A stretch of DNA of 63,919 nucleotides, counting the filler, from Klebsormidium nitens (lineage: Eukaryota > Plantae > Klebsormidiophyceae), in assembly GCA_000708835.1 (NCBI GenBank). It is 6 parts of 6 records of this genome, joined end to end, with 100 filler letters (N's around TTAATTAATTAA, not from the genome) between each part and the next. Parts side by side here need not be neighbours in the genome. Positions count along the whole stretch, not along the records: positions 26,256 to 44,965 come from DF237946.1; positions 45,066 to 54,902 come from DF238184.1; 4 more parts are not named here. The stretch is one strand, 5' to 3'. Position 1 is the first letter of the stretch; the number at the start of each line of letters is the position of its first letter. The translations under genes and the position numbers were made by a program. The notes under the pieces were generated by a model. The model was not told the origin of the DNA. It saw only the letters and a program-made list of their open reading frames with translations, and made no database searches. Positions 37,709 through 49,679 of this stretch are shown piece by piece.

Positions 37709-40383
37709 TGTTGCAAGCAGATGCAGGAATTGCGGACGGCTGGATTTCACTGGCACCTTGCTCGCGGTTCGAAGAAAGTTCAATCAAAAGTTGTAACAGA
37801 GGTGAGGAGGAAATAAAAGAAGGTGGTCGTGCGGGTTGAGCTTATACCAGATTGTAGACAAGCTTTCTGAGTCTTTAGAATGTGGACAGCAATTAGCTTG
37901 ACTCGACGACAGACTTGATCCGTGATACCTTTCAAGCGGCTTGTAAGGCGAATCAACTCTGCGATTACTTACGAGAAGTTTGCGGCGCTTGCGTCCTCGA
38001 AATAATCCGAGGTATTCTGTCGAGTCTTCCGCCGTGCGCCACCTTGACCTCAAGGCTTTGAAGCGAGGGGTGCTATGCTTCTTTTCAACGAGAGAAGCAG
38101 ACGTGTTACATCCACGGAAACACTTGCCCCGGCCTAGGAGTCAATCTGGGCGGCATGAACTGTTGGACGAAGGGCTTTCAAAGAATTAGTTGCGTACTAC
38201 AATCTCCAAGGTCGGATTGGCAGTCCTTTCACTTCATACGTCCGGCTGCAAGGATCCTCACGTCGATATACAACGTTGGACTTTGAGCTCGTTCGAAACC
38301 GGGCCCCGAGGATTGCCGGCTCTCCAAGGGGTTTGGTGCAAAGCTTAGCAGTGTTTACTTGAGCCAGCCACTCCCCAGTTGCCCTGCCGTTCCTTCCCCA
38401 ACTTGTTTCGCAATCGGTGTTTCTATGTGAGGTTACGGTATCATTTGCGGTCGTACCTACACTATATTAACCGGGCCTTGTTGTGTTGAGACTCTGAACC
38501 AAAGGCCTTCGAAGCTAACAAGGAGATAACCCTTCGCGGGTCTCAGTATACATGCGCTGCCGGGAAAAAAACGTTGCCTAATGAAGTCGTCGTCACGTGG
38601 TGACGACCCCCAACGGCCGATTAGATCGCCTGACGGCCTGACGGATTTCTCGCTCTGCAAGCTAGTGGCCTTTCCCTAGTGAAGAAACATCGGCACTGGG
38701 CTACGATCGCCCATCGAACCGAGCCCCGGCCTCCAACCACAGGCTCTACCTGTCCGGGGCTTAGAAATTGCCACGTGTCCTGGTAATCAGAGTTGCATCT
38801 CGCACTGACGCCTCGAAACCTCGCGGCCCAACTCTGTGCGTGTCACGTGGCCGCGAATTCGTTTGGCTGCTGCTTTGGGGCGCCCTCGAGGCGCGCCACC
38901 TCACGCCAGAGTGCATTAGGGGCACAGGCTTCTCGTGATTGCTCCTGCGCAGATTGAATTAGCAGTGACGTCAAGCTGACCGACTGTCTCAGAACTGGGT
39001 AAGGGGGCATGTTGATTCGGGAGTAAGGTGCTAACTTTGCAGCGCGAGCGGCGCGCACCGCAATCCCAGGACCGGCGGCCTTGTCTTCAACCCTCTCCGA
39101 TTTTACCTTTGCAAAATTAAACGTTTGGTCATCGAATTCACGCCTTCCGGCGGCTTAATTGTTCGGCCGTCAGCTGAGTGCTCCAGCGTGGCCGGCGCCG
39201 AGGCAAACCGGAGCCGCTCGTCTGGATCTCCTTCCAGGCCACAACCTTTCATCTTCGCAAAAACAGGCGCAGGCCCCCTCTATCTGCGGCAGCTGCGCGG
39301 TCCGACTCGCGAGTCTTCGAGCTTTTTCACCTCGCGGCCGCGCGCTCGCCAGATAAGCGGCCCGGCCGGCCACGCAACGGGGATTCTGAGACATCGGAGG
39401 GACAGCTGGTGCATGACGCTGCCCCCGGAACCTCCAAACCCTGGATTCTCGCTTGCGCGCAGCGCGTCCGCAGCCGATACGAGCGCGCGGCCGTTCTGCT
39501 TTTGCCATCTCCGCGCGCGCGCAGGGTCAACNNNNNNNNNNNNNNNNNNNNNNNNNNNNNNNNNNNNNGCATCTTCTCGCCACCGTTAGTGCCTTCCGCA
39601 GCCTCGCCACCACGAGCGCCACCAGTTGTTGCGCTCGAAACCTTTTGCTTCCGCTGTTTGAAAAAACGTTTGGCGCGGCGTGACGTGGCGTTTTGCCGGT
39701 GTCAGAAAAGTCGCTCCAAAAGCAGCCGCGCGAGGGTACCATACTGGTGTCTGGCGGTGCTTCTTCAGGTCTTCAATAACTTGTGCTGTAAGACGTCCGC
39801 CACTGTTGATGAAGGGCTTTTCGCCCTCAGTTTTCACAAGAGTCCATGCATTTAATCAAGCGATTGTATACAAGGCTGATGGGATCAGCACGGTTTGTGA
39901 GCAACTTGTCACCGGAAAGCTTCAGGAAGACGTTGGCAAAGAAGGTGTCGTAGAAGCACTGTCACGTACAAATGAGAAGAATGCCTACTCCATATAAAGG
40001 ACAAAAGCGTACAGTGAATTCACGGAGGACCTTACGGCTTGGTAGGCCTTTGGACAGGCGAGGCTGGTGTCCACTTAACGTCCATTTGATCTTAAGGAGA
40101 CAGCCCGATCTTAACCAGGTATTTACTAAAGCCAGAATGGCGAGCTACTACGGTCGACTCCTCATTACTCGGTTTTGACCAAGGCCTGAGAGCTCACAAG
40201 AAAGAGACGAGTCTATACTTTTCTCCTCAATCAAGTGTTCTATTCAGAGCCGCTGAGGCGTGCTCGAAGCACCGCCACCTTGCACGCTTCATGGCATGTA
40301 CGTGGCGGAATCTGCTCGGACTACCTACCCTTCCTCATCTAATAGCCTGGGACCTGCTTGCTTTATCCCCAAATTCTCGCACT

Positions 40384-43117
40384 CTAACAACTTCCCGGGA
40401 GAGTCGTGGTGCCGCAGTTGGGCAGGCAGATTCCGGCGAAGCCCTGCACTCTGATGGTCACCGGGGCCGGGGCTCCGCCGCAGCCCGCCGCGCCGTTGTA
40501 CCCGGGGCGGCAATCGGCGTCCCGGTTGCAGCCCCGGGTGCATGCGGAGCACGGCACCCCGGCCCTCAATATGCCCTGGCAGACGGCCGGGGGTGCAAGG
40601 CTGCCCCCCGCCGTGAGATGAGGACCGCAAAAGCAGTCGGACGAACCATTTCTACTGGGGCCCGTCGTGATGGCCGCGCACTCGTTGCCGGGGCCCGAAG
40701 CCCCCGCGCAGGCTGTTAGGTTGACGTTGACTAGCAGTGGGCCAACGAGAGGTATGCTCCCTGCACGAGTCCAGCTGAAGTGGAGTCAGAATGATGGGCC
40801 GTTCATTCCCATTTGTAATCGTGACACAGTGACACGCAATATAGTTTCAGATTTTGAAGAGAATTTTCTTCTTTCCTACGTCGTGTTGAAGTTGGTTTAC
40901 AAAGACGGAGTTCCCAATTCCTGCAGCTGATCAACGAGCCCTCAATGAGTCGAAAGACCTCCGCTTATCGGGTCGAGGGAACCTGGGTCGACAAGTCATA
41001 TTTTAGTGTACCGCTCTACTGGGGCAACCGCTCCACCTTATTCAACTGAATTTAGGTGCCGTTCTCGTTTTTATCCGCCTCGTGAAGCGACCTTGCAGAG
41101 CAAATTCAACCAGCGATTGCTTGCCTAACCAATCTTTGTACGTGCGCAACTTCCGTAGAACCGGTATAAAGTGATGATGTTGAGCCTTGTTGACTAGCCA
41201 TGGTCAAAGCGAGAATTCCGTATATGCGTCATCAATGCTGTAGCTAGTAGGGGCCGTCAGAAAGTCAAATCTTCGATTGTCTTGTCCTCGCGGACGACAA
41301 GTACTATGCCTGCGGACGCTTTTCACAAAGGCTGATAAAAAGCTCACCATGACAGTTGTCGGAGCCGTCACTGGGCAGGCTGCCGCTCGAAACGTCGCCG
41401 TAGTAAACGCAACGACTTATTGGTGTGTAGACACATTGAGTGATCAGCATTGGCACGTTCGTGGCAGACGTCATTGGTGGAAAGACGATCGATCCGAAGG
41501 CCGGACACGAGTTGGGAACCGGTGTAGTGCCTGCAGTGATGAAGTAAGTGAGACACGCGATTCGGCAACGTTCAGGAACCCGAAAATCTGCCAGTGCTAT
41601 GAGGACCTAAAGAAGGGGGTGGGTTTTATTTGAACGTTAGACCCGGTGGGCTAGGTGCGGAAGCTCTTCGACGTGGCCTTTCATCGGCTGAAAAGCCCAA
41701 TGACGTGGGCTTCTGGGATTGTACGTAAGCTACTTAGAAAACTTGTGCGAGAACCACCGCGGAAGGGATCGAGAACTTGGCAAGGACACTGCCCGATAGA
41801 AGGTTATAGTAGGGTACGAAATAACGGCTACGTTCGTCAACACTGTCGGTTCCGAAGAACTCCAACAATAGAAAAAATAGGCTTAGCTTCTTTGTGAATT
41901 CAGAAGTGCAAAGTACACTATTGAAGGGTAGTCCTGCAGCATGAAAGACAACTCCAACGTTCGCCGAGACCTCTCATCCAACCATGAATAACACGTCCTG
42001 CAATTGGTCAGGCCCCTTCTTGTTGCCACAGAACAATCGGATAGAATTTATGGAACACTACCTTGCACTGCGGCAATCCAGAGGTTACGGTCAATTCCGA
42101 AAGGTTATCAGTCGAGTCCTGCCCCAGTTCTTATGAACATCTTCTTGAATTGGCGCTCACCTAGGCAGCTGCTGGCATCTGGACTCTCGTTTATATCTAG
42201 GACACCGTTTGAATCGTAGATACAGTCGATGGTGTTAAGACCGCTTGCAACATTCGGTTCGAAATCGTAACCACACTCCACTCGCGTTAAATCGTTGCTC
42301 TGATGGTTGGGAGGGCATATGGACGCGAGTTGACCTGCATGAGAGGGACGTGCCTTATAAACGCTAATTGACGCAGCAATCATTGCTAGATTTGCGGACA
42401 CTATGGACTCACCGGCCTTCCGACCGCACTCTGCGCAGTGCTCTTCGACAGACTTGCTCGTTGGAGCGGGAAACCTAACTCGGCCTGTCATGGCTTGCGG
42501 TTGCAAACATCGAACCGTTTGATTGGCCACTCGTCTATTATGACTTTATTAGAAAACAAAGATGGCGGAGCGCGGACCATCGAAAAGCTGATGGCCAGTT
42601 TCCCAGATGATGTGCGACTTACTTAACAGTGGCGACGACGGAGCAGGCGTTAGAGCCGGCGTCAGCGTAACCAGAGTAGACGTCGGAGCCGGCGTCAGAG
42701 GGACCGGAGCAGACTTCAGAGCAGGCGTCAGAGCAGGCGTCAGAGTAACCGGAGAAGGCGTCATCAGAGCCGGCGTAAGAGCCGGCGTCAGAGGGACCGG
42801 ACGAGACGTCATAGCCGGCGTCAGAGCCGGCGTCACAGCCGGCGTCAGAGGGACCGGACCAGACGTCATAGCCGGCGTCAGTGTAGGCAGAGCCGGCGTC
42901 AGAGGGACCGGACGAGACGTCATAGCCGGCGTCAGAGTGGGCAGAGCAGACGTCAGAGGCTGCGGAGCGGACGTCACAGCCGGCGTCAGAGGGACCGGAC
43001 GAGACGTCAGATCTGGCATCAGAGTAGGCAGAGCAGGCGTTAGAGCCGGCGTTAGAGGCTGCGGAGCAGGCATCGGCGCCCCACCGATTCTGGTTGCGCC
43101 CGGGTACAAAAGTGCAT
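40384..43117 (-). CDS. Second modular secreted-type gene: long Pro/Thr/Ala exon, two Cys modules and a Cys-rich terminal exon
   Basis: Exons: 43117-42623 (TPALTPAMTSRPVPL repeats), 42334-42161 (CPPNHQSNDLTRVECGY..DCIYDSNG..C), 41530-41348 (PNSCP..CVY..CVY..C), 40760-40384 (GSIPLV...CFCGPH...CSACTRGCNRDADC...CLPNCGTTTLPGSC*). Internal exons are phase 1-1 with GT-AG sites. Confidence 0.7.
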
Positions 43118-43280
43118 CTGTAAGGCACGAGAAGCCGACCGTTGAATGACGTCGACCATTCGAATATCCAGCTGGTTTTGGCTGTTTACACGGCACTCTT
43201 AGCAAGACTCAAATCTCTGTTTTTTTGCAAAAACCACTTCTGTCTGCAACGCTTTCCACGAAAGCTCGTACATAATTCAC

Positions 43281-44965
43281 CAGGACTGTTGGCGAAGCCA
43301 CCAACAAACACTTCGCCGCCAATCGGAACAGCAATTCCTAGACGATTGCAATCATTTGCAGTCGTAACAGTACTGGAGGCGCCACAAATGGGCTTCAGAC
43401 CAAATGTCGTCATTCCCAATTCCGGAAGACCTCCTGTTCATCCTGCTCAAGAATAAGGGGTGCTTCCTACGGTTTCAATTTTTGTGAGAATCAGGGTCAA
43501 GAGCCGGAACAGGCCACTCTGGCTGGCTTTCGATCTTCCGCGTTCAAGACCGATTCGAGCTCCGTTTTTGGAGTGGGAGTCAAGCATACAATACCCGAAC
43601 GAGACTTCGTATAACTGATCGTAAGCACGCAAAGCGGGCGGCTGATTTGAACCCACACAGATACACGAGAAACATGAGACGATCTAACGTGTCAACAACT
43701 TTCCTCTTTCGTGCACTTAGTCGAGTCTGAAGCAGGTAATCATTTTTCTTAGGATTAAACCCTGATTCAACACCGCACTCTCTTCATCGGGCACAAAGAG
43801 ACACGACGATTTTGTGGACCAAGTTCGTGTATGTGGATCGCTGAACGGGAACTTTCAAGTTGATGCTCTAGAGTTACAATCAATCTGTTCCATATCGATA
43901 CAACTCATGTTTTTGAGTTCCTCGACGGTGGGTGACGAGGGCCGATCTCACAGCGCCGCTGCTCACTCGTTGATTTTGGAGTGGGCGTCGGGGTGGGCAG
44001 GGAGGGCGCCGGGACTCCGCCAACGGATGCTGCACAGATTCAAAAGGGGGGCCAGTGATCTTGTTACTCACTGACCCGGAACAGCGCGTGGATTTTGGAA
44101 ACTGACCGCCGCCGCTTTCGGTGTAGGTTTCGGAACCGACCCTCTGGAGCATTTAGAAATGGTTCCCTGCAAACCGGTCGCGACTCGAACAAGCTAACCC
44201 AAAAATATTCGCAGGGTGTGTTTTCTACAAGCTTCCTTGAGCACCCTTTTTTCCCACATCTGTGTTTTGCAAGATCTGTACTACAATGTTGAAAGCTTGC
44301 CTTAGAGCCTTGATTAAACAGGCGACTTTCGTGGAAAATAGATCAAGAACTCCCTGTCTGTCCGGGAACCATGGCGGCAGCCATGGCGAAACCTTAAAAG
44401 CGCACGCACGAAGCCGTCCGAAAATTCGAATCGAACCGACGGCTTTGGAGCGCTGTGGAAAAAGCTGAAACGCCAAAAATGGGCGCGCCTGATCATGTAA
44501 GCGGCATGAGAATGTCGTCAGTTACGTAAGTTCGTCTCAATGCGTAAGGAGGCCGCAACAGGCCACCGTCATCTGGACTGAAAAAAAAACAGTATACGAA
44601 AATCACTCATTCCAGACGCTTTCGTTCCCATACGAGACACAGCAGCTTTTATCAAGCATTACTGCCATGTTCAAGAACACCCCATTTGCATGCAGAAGAA
44701 AAGCTCTTCACCAATATAGGCACCCCCGCTCACCAGCACACCCGCCGTAGAAAGGGGCCGGATAGGAAGATAACAGAGAACCGTCTTGTGTGTATAGGCA
44801 GGTCTCTTGGGACACCGAAAACCGTGGATCGGAGTAGGAGCACATGAAGGTGGAGGACTGATAGCTGATGGACGTGTTGCCCGGGAAGTAGGTGCTTCGC
44901 AGAAAGGCAATCACATCTCGATTCTCCAAAGAACGTTGGTAGAGGGCACGAGTCAACAGCCGGCG
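43281..44965 (-). CDS. Probable upstream exons of the second modular gene, truncated by an assembly gap
   Basis: Phase 1-1 exons 44029-43967 (SVGGVPAPSLPTPTPTPKST|gtgagc) and 43433-43281 (tentative, weak acceptor). A Cys module ends at 44734 (CSYSDP..TCLYTQDG..GCA|gtgagc), with its DSCP start in a different frame (possible frameshift near the gap). Confidence 0.5.
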
Positions 44966-45247
44966 NNNNNNNNNNNNNNNNNNNNNNNNNNNNNNNNNNN
45001 NNNNNNNNNTTAATTAATTAANNNNNNNNNNNNNNNNNNNNNNNNNNNNNNNNNNNNNNNNNNNNCCTGGATAACCATTTAATCTCGTAACCATAACCCG
45101 TCGGAGTTGCCACGTCATCCGGGTTTGGTTACAAAACTTGTTGACCCGGGTGTAGTCGCTAGCTACCGCGACTCGCTGCAATGGCCGGTCCGCTAAAATA
45201 TATGTTCCGTACAGTACGCGGTTCCCGGTCGCGCGAATTGGGGCCTG

Positions 45248-45410
45248 CCCGGGACTGGGTGGGGCTGGCCGGTGATTAGGGTGGGTTACGGTAGGGTGGC
45301 GGGTACACCACCTCCCTGGGACGGGTGGGGCTGGTCGGCGGTTAGGGTTAGCCTGGGTTGGGTTAGCGTAGGGTGTGGGGTAAACCCGATCCCTGGGACG
45401 ATTTTAGGGT
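45248..45410 (+). repeat. G-rich segment with duplicated gggac(t)gggtggggctgg units and telomere-like TTAGGG/TTTTAGGG words
   Basis: Two similar copies near 45248 and 45315; ttagggttag at ~45341 and ttttaggg at ~45402. Confidence 0.4.
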
Positions 45411-45999
45411 TTCGTCACCCAAGCCCCAGGTTTTCAGTGCTGGTAACCGGAAATCCGTGGAAATCCAGCATGGTACAGCTTATACAACTTTCCTTTCCAA
45501 TACGCGTGCCAAGGAAAAACGCCTGCAAAAGAGAGGAATACCTCCGCCGTTCAAGCCCAAGGGAGAGCGGCCGCCGCCGACACCCGTGACCGAGGGGGGG
45601 GAGAAATTGTGGGAGGAAGGCCGGCGCCGGCAAGAAGAAGGCGAGCTCAGGCGGGGGGAAGAACCACATCCACGAGGTTCGCTTGCCCGCTGCTTTTCAA
45701 GAGTACGACCCAACGGACTTGCGTGACCAGGGACTCGAAGGCATGGACCTAGTAGGGGTGCAAGAAGAGCTGTTGGAAGACCCGCGGGTGCGGCCCACCC
45801 CGGCCCCGGGTGAGACCGTGAGGTGACTGTGACTCGGAGGCGCCAGAGAGCCCGGAGTGGCAGCTTGGTGAATATAAACAAGTACAATAAACTTGATTAA
45901 AAGCAATTGTCGTGAGGAATTCGGTCCATTCTTCTAGGTTTCTTTGCACCATCGCATTCGTTTCGTCGAGCAAAGCACTTATCACCACCTGTATTCAAA

Positions 46000-48900
46000 A
46001 TTTGTCAAAGGGGGGGTATGAACATTCGATTCCGGTCGGATAATTTCAAAATACTTCCAAAAGCAGGGTGCCAGCACGGATATGCTCGGATTCAGGCCTA
46101 GATATATTTAATAATTTCATATATATTCATAGTAGTGGCTAGATATTTGCTTTATTCAATATATCCAAGAAGTTTCTAGTGTAAAAAGATCAAAAGCAAG
46201 CTTAAAATCGACATTTTGACGAATGTCGAATATATTTCTCGATAGATATATCGGGAAAGCAAGCCCTTCAAACGTATAATTTTTGGGCAGGTGCCACAGG
46301 TTATCCAGGAAGTTGCCACCCTGGGCTGGGGAGTGGCAACGGACTCAGGCGCCGGCGCCGGAAGCATGGGACATGATGATGTGAAACAAGTAGGTAACGA
46401 TGAAGGCTATACGGCCGACTTAATTACTGTTGTTACCTTGAGAAATAGCCCTACTCCGAAACCTGCTAAGTCTGTACGGATCAAATGTTCACGCTAAGTC
46501 AACACATTTGTGTATTAAGTGCAAGTCGAGTCGGAGTCACGTAGGTCAGGATGATATGCAGTCTATATGTACATATTTGAAACACTGTGCAAGGAATCGG
46601 TAAATCACGTCACAGGTTCACAGCAAAACGTGAAACACACAAGGCAAAAACACAACAATGGCTGCCGCGATGCGCGGCGGTATAGGCAAAGGCAACCAGA
46701 CGCTTGGGGTTCCAAGCGGATCTCGTTCTGTTTTGGTGTAGAAGGAGTGAATTATATTTCAAAGTCCTTCTCTTTATTACTCCTAATTCAATGTCTCTAG
46801 CCTATACGCATGTCAGCGACACGGTCGGCCTCTCCACGCAATGGGCATCGGCACGCTGGCAACTGCCGCCTTCACTAAATATCTAGGCCGCTACTTAAGA
46901 ATTTGTCTTGAATGCTACGGCCATTTTACTTATGCAACAAACTTCTCCTTTGTTCCCTCCTATGCAACTTCCCTGCATTTTCCTTGCTTCCCGAATCTTC
47001 CACCGGCACTGCCACGTGTCCCTCGTTGATTTGACGGCTATAAGCCGCCGACTTCAGACGCATGTCTTTGCATGTTAACGCTTGATTGGGGTGTTGCCAC
47101 CAATGATTGGTTCCGGTTCGCAGAGGTTTACAGGGTTTGGGTTGGGTTGGTCGCGCGCATGCGCGGGCAGTGCTCTGGGTAGGCTGGTGAGTCTGTGAGG
47201 TTGTAAATTTTTGAGGTAACACTGTCGTATTAGTAGTATTACTGTCGATAGTAATCTCCGTGTGGTTCTCCTTCTCCGCCGGTGTCGATCGCTGGTGCTG
47301 GTACAATGTTGTCGGTGATTTTGTTGGTAACGGGTGGGCGTACTCGAGTACACTCGTAAGCTGGGGTTGAACGCTCAAGGCGCTCGGATGCTGGGTTGAA
47401 CGCTCAAGGCGCTCGGATGTTGGTTTGATGTTGTAACTTAAATGAAAGTTGAATCGGAAATGGCGATGCCAAGTGACTTAATTAAGTACCTTGAGGAGGT
47501 CCATTGAGTTTGGATCTCCAAATTGAAACATTGCCGTGTTTGGATCAGCCATATAGTTGCGGGCATGCTGCAATTGGTTTCGTACCCGGGTGCGCCACGG
47601 TAACATAACCGGTCATATAACTCAGATAACGGGTAGGTAACCTTGGAACGTTGTGGAACGTGCTTGGAGTGAGTCCTACAATCATAGGATTCTGGCGAAT
47701 GCAATTGCTACTGGATGTCCAATGCCGTAAGTTTATCCACATGGTTCTACGGGTTATAGTTAGGTGCGCTAACTTACCTCCGACTGTTGGTAACTAAGCT
47801 AATATTACACGATGAGGGGTGACGTGTCGCTTACTCAGACGCTAACCGAGTCGATCTGGCACCGATGAGATATGGCATGACAAAGCCTGAGATGTACGGG
47901 TCAGTACACTTCAACACGATGTTAGAGCTCTCGCTACGTGAAATTTGCCAACACATTGAGATCCTAAGAATAAAGGGTGTCGGAAATTGGAACCCTCAGG
48001 ACGCAAGTTTTTGAGAGGCTTGGAACATTGGCGGCCATGATGTCCTCCGCGACTGCATGAAAAATATAAAAATCGACGCCATAAGTTCGCTTGAGGTATT
48101 TTTTGAGAGTACTACTATGGCTATCACTATGAGAAGCGAATATGCTATTATACACCTATTTTCTGCCTATTTGCCTGGTTTTTGCCCAACCGGTGGCTAT
48201 TAGCGACTAGTTTTAATAGCCAAAAAATAGTTCCGACCAGCTTATGCCTAGCGTTGGCTGGCATTAATAGACATTTCCCGGCCGCATCCTCGAACTCCGG
48301 CCGGGACTGGCTATCGATGACCAATCTTGGCTGGTTTCCCCCGGGCCGTGGCTAAGCAGGGCTATGCGGCGGCTAGTATCTATTAATAGCCATTGGATTG
48401 GTCTATCATTTGGCCAGTAAATTGCTAATATATCTTGTTCAGTCATCACAGACAAATCTTAGGCACCGGCGTTTTGGAACCGGGTGTCTATCATGCCTAG
48501 TTTCAGGTAACTGTGGCTATTCCGGCCGATCATAGCCATGGTCGGTAGGCTCATGCCCATTGTTGTTGCGATAGCCACGCACACATATACAAAATGGCTA
48601 TCAATGCCACTGCTTATTAGACAAATACTGGTCAAGGGTCGCGGCCTGCTTGTACCGGCCGCATCTACACCCAATTTTGGCGTAGAGTGGCGCCGGCGGA
48701 CCATGGCCAGTATCACCATCCTAGCCTTGAACTGGGACTTGGTATTCGCCGGGCACTTGCAGACTCGGGCATACACTAAGAAGTGATGCCCGGTGATCAT
48801 ATTCGGGACTTGGCGAAATTTTGAGAATGTTGGAGTCCAAATTTTACAGAAAGACCAACCGGCGATCCTACCGAGCCACTTATCGCCCCACAAAAGTGCA

Positions 48901-49620
48901 CGGGTGGTGTATCTCCGAGGACTGTCAGGGGTGTGGACTGGCGTGGGTGTGCGGTTTCTAAATTCAGCCTGACTAGGTAGGTACCGGACAACAACAGTTC
49001 ACCGGGCATATGTTTGCTTGTGTTCACTAGCAATTGTGTGCCCGGTAGGTAAATGTTCCGTTATAGGTTTTAGCAAGTCGGAATATGTTGGTGAGTTCGC
49101 GTAACCTGTCTGGCTAAGTTGCCAAGTCTATGCTAATGTAATGCTGATGTCATGCCTATGTCTATAACCTGGGTTCGATTCTTCGATGTTGCGCACTTCT
49201 TTGACAAATTTGGGGTACTAGGCAAGATACGCCATATATAGGCGTCGAATAGCGACCAGATTGGGAGTTCCGGGTTAGCATAACATAGCCAAAGGTTGGC
49301 GAAAGGATGAATAGCCAGGTTAGCCAACCCTAGTTTATGCTAGCCTTGGCTATCAATTATGGCTAGTCGGACTACTAGCTGAAACGTGGCCAAGATTGGC
49401 CAAGATTAGACATGCGAATATACCAGGCAAAATGCTGGTCATATAGGCAAACGATAGTCAGGGTATGGCTAGTGTCGTGCTAATATTGGCCAATATTGGC
49501 CTACTATTCGCCTAGTTTGTGGCGAACCGGCCAGCTGAAAAATAGCCAAGTTGCTTCTCATAGTGTATGTCCTAGCTACATTGACGCCTTGCGTTTGTAA
49601 AAACGCTGGCGAGGTTAAGC
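46000..49620. mobile_element. Decayed repeat-like DNA, TpA-rich and stop-riddled
   Basis: No sustained recognisable ORF. Dense TGGCTA/TAGCCA/TGGCCA variants at 48110-48710 and 49270-49580. Confidence 0.4.
47360..47419. repeat. Near-perfect 30-bp tandem duplication
   Basis: gctgg(g)gttgaacgctcaaggcgctcggat occurs twice. Confidence 0.9.
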
Positions 49621-49679
49621 TAGACCGTGGGAGCGCCGCACCCAATCACAGCCTCGCGACGCTCCACGCACAATGCTAC

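Noticed and set aside
39040-39860. GC-rich overlapping ORFs around the 39.5-kb gap
   Set aside because: No recognisable motif or splice model; the ORFs are inflated by GC content and N padding.
42607-43149. Plus-strand GAGVRAGV ORF and the alternative minus-frame SDAG-repeat ORF
   Set aside because: Shadow frames of a stop-poor repeat. Only the Pro/Thr frame has a donor phase matching the next exon.
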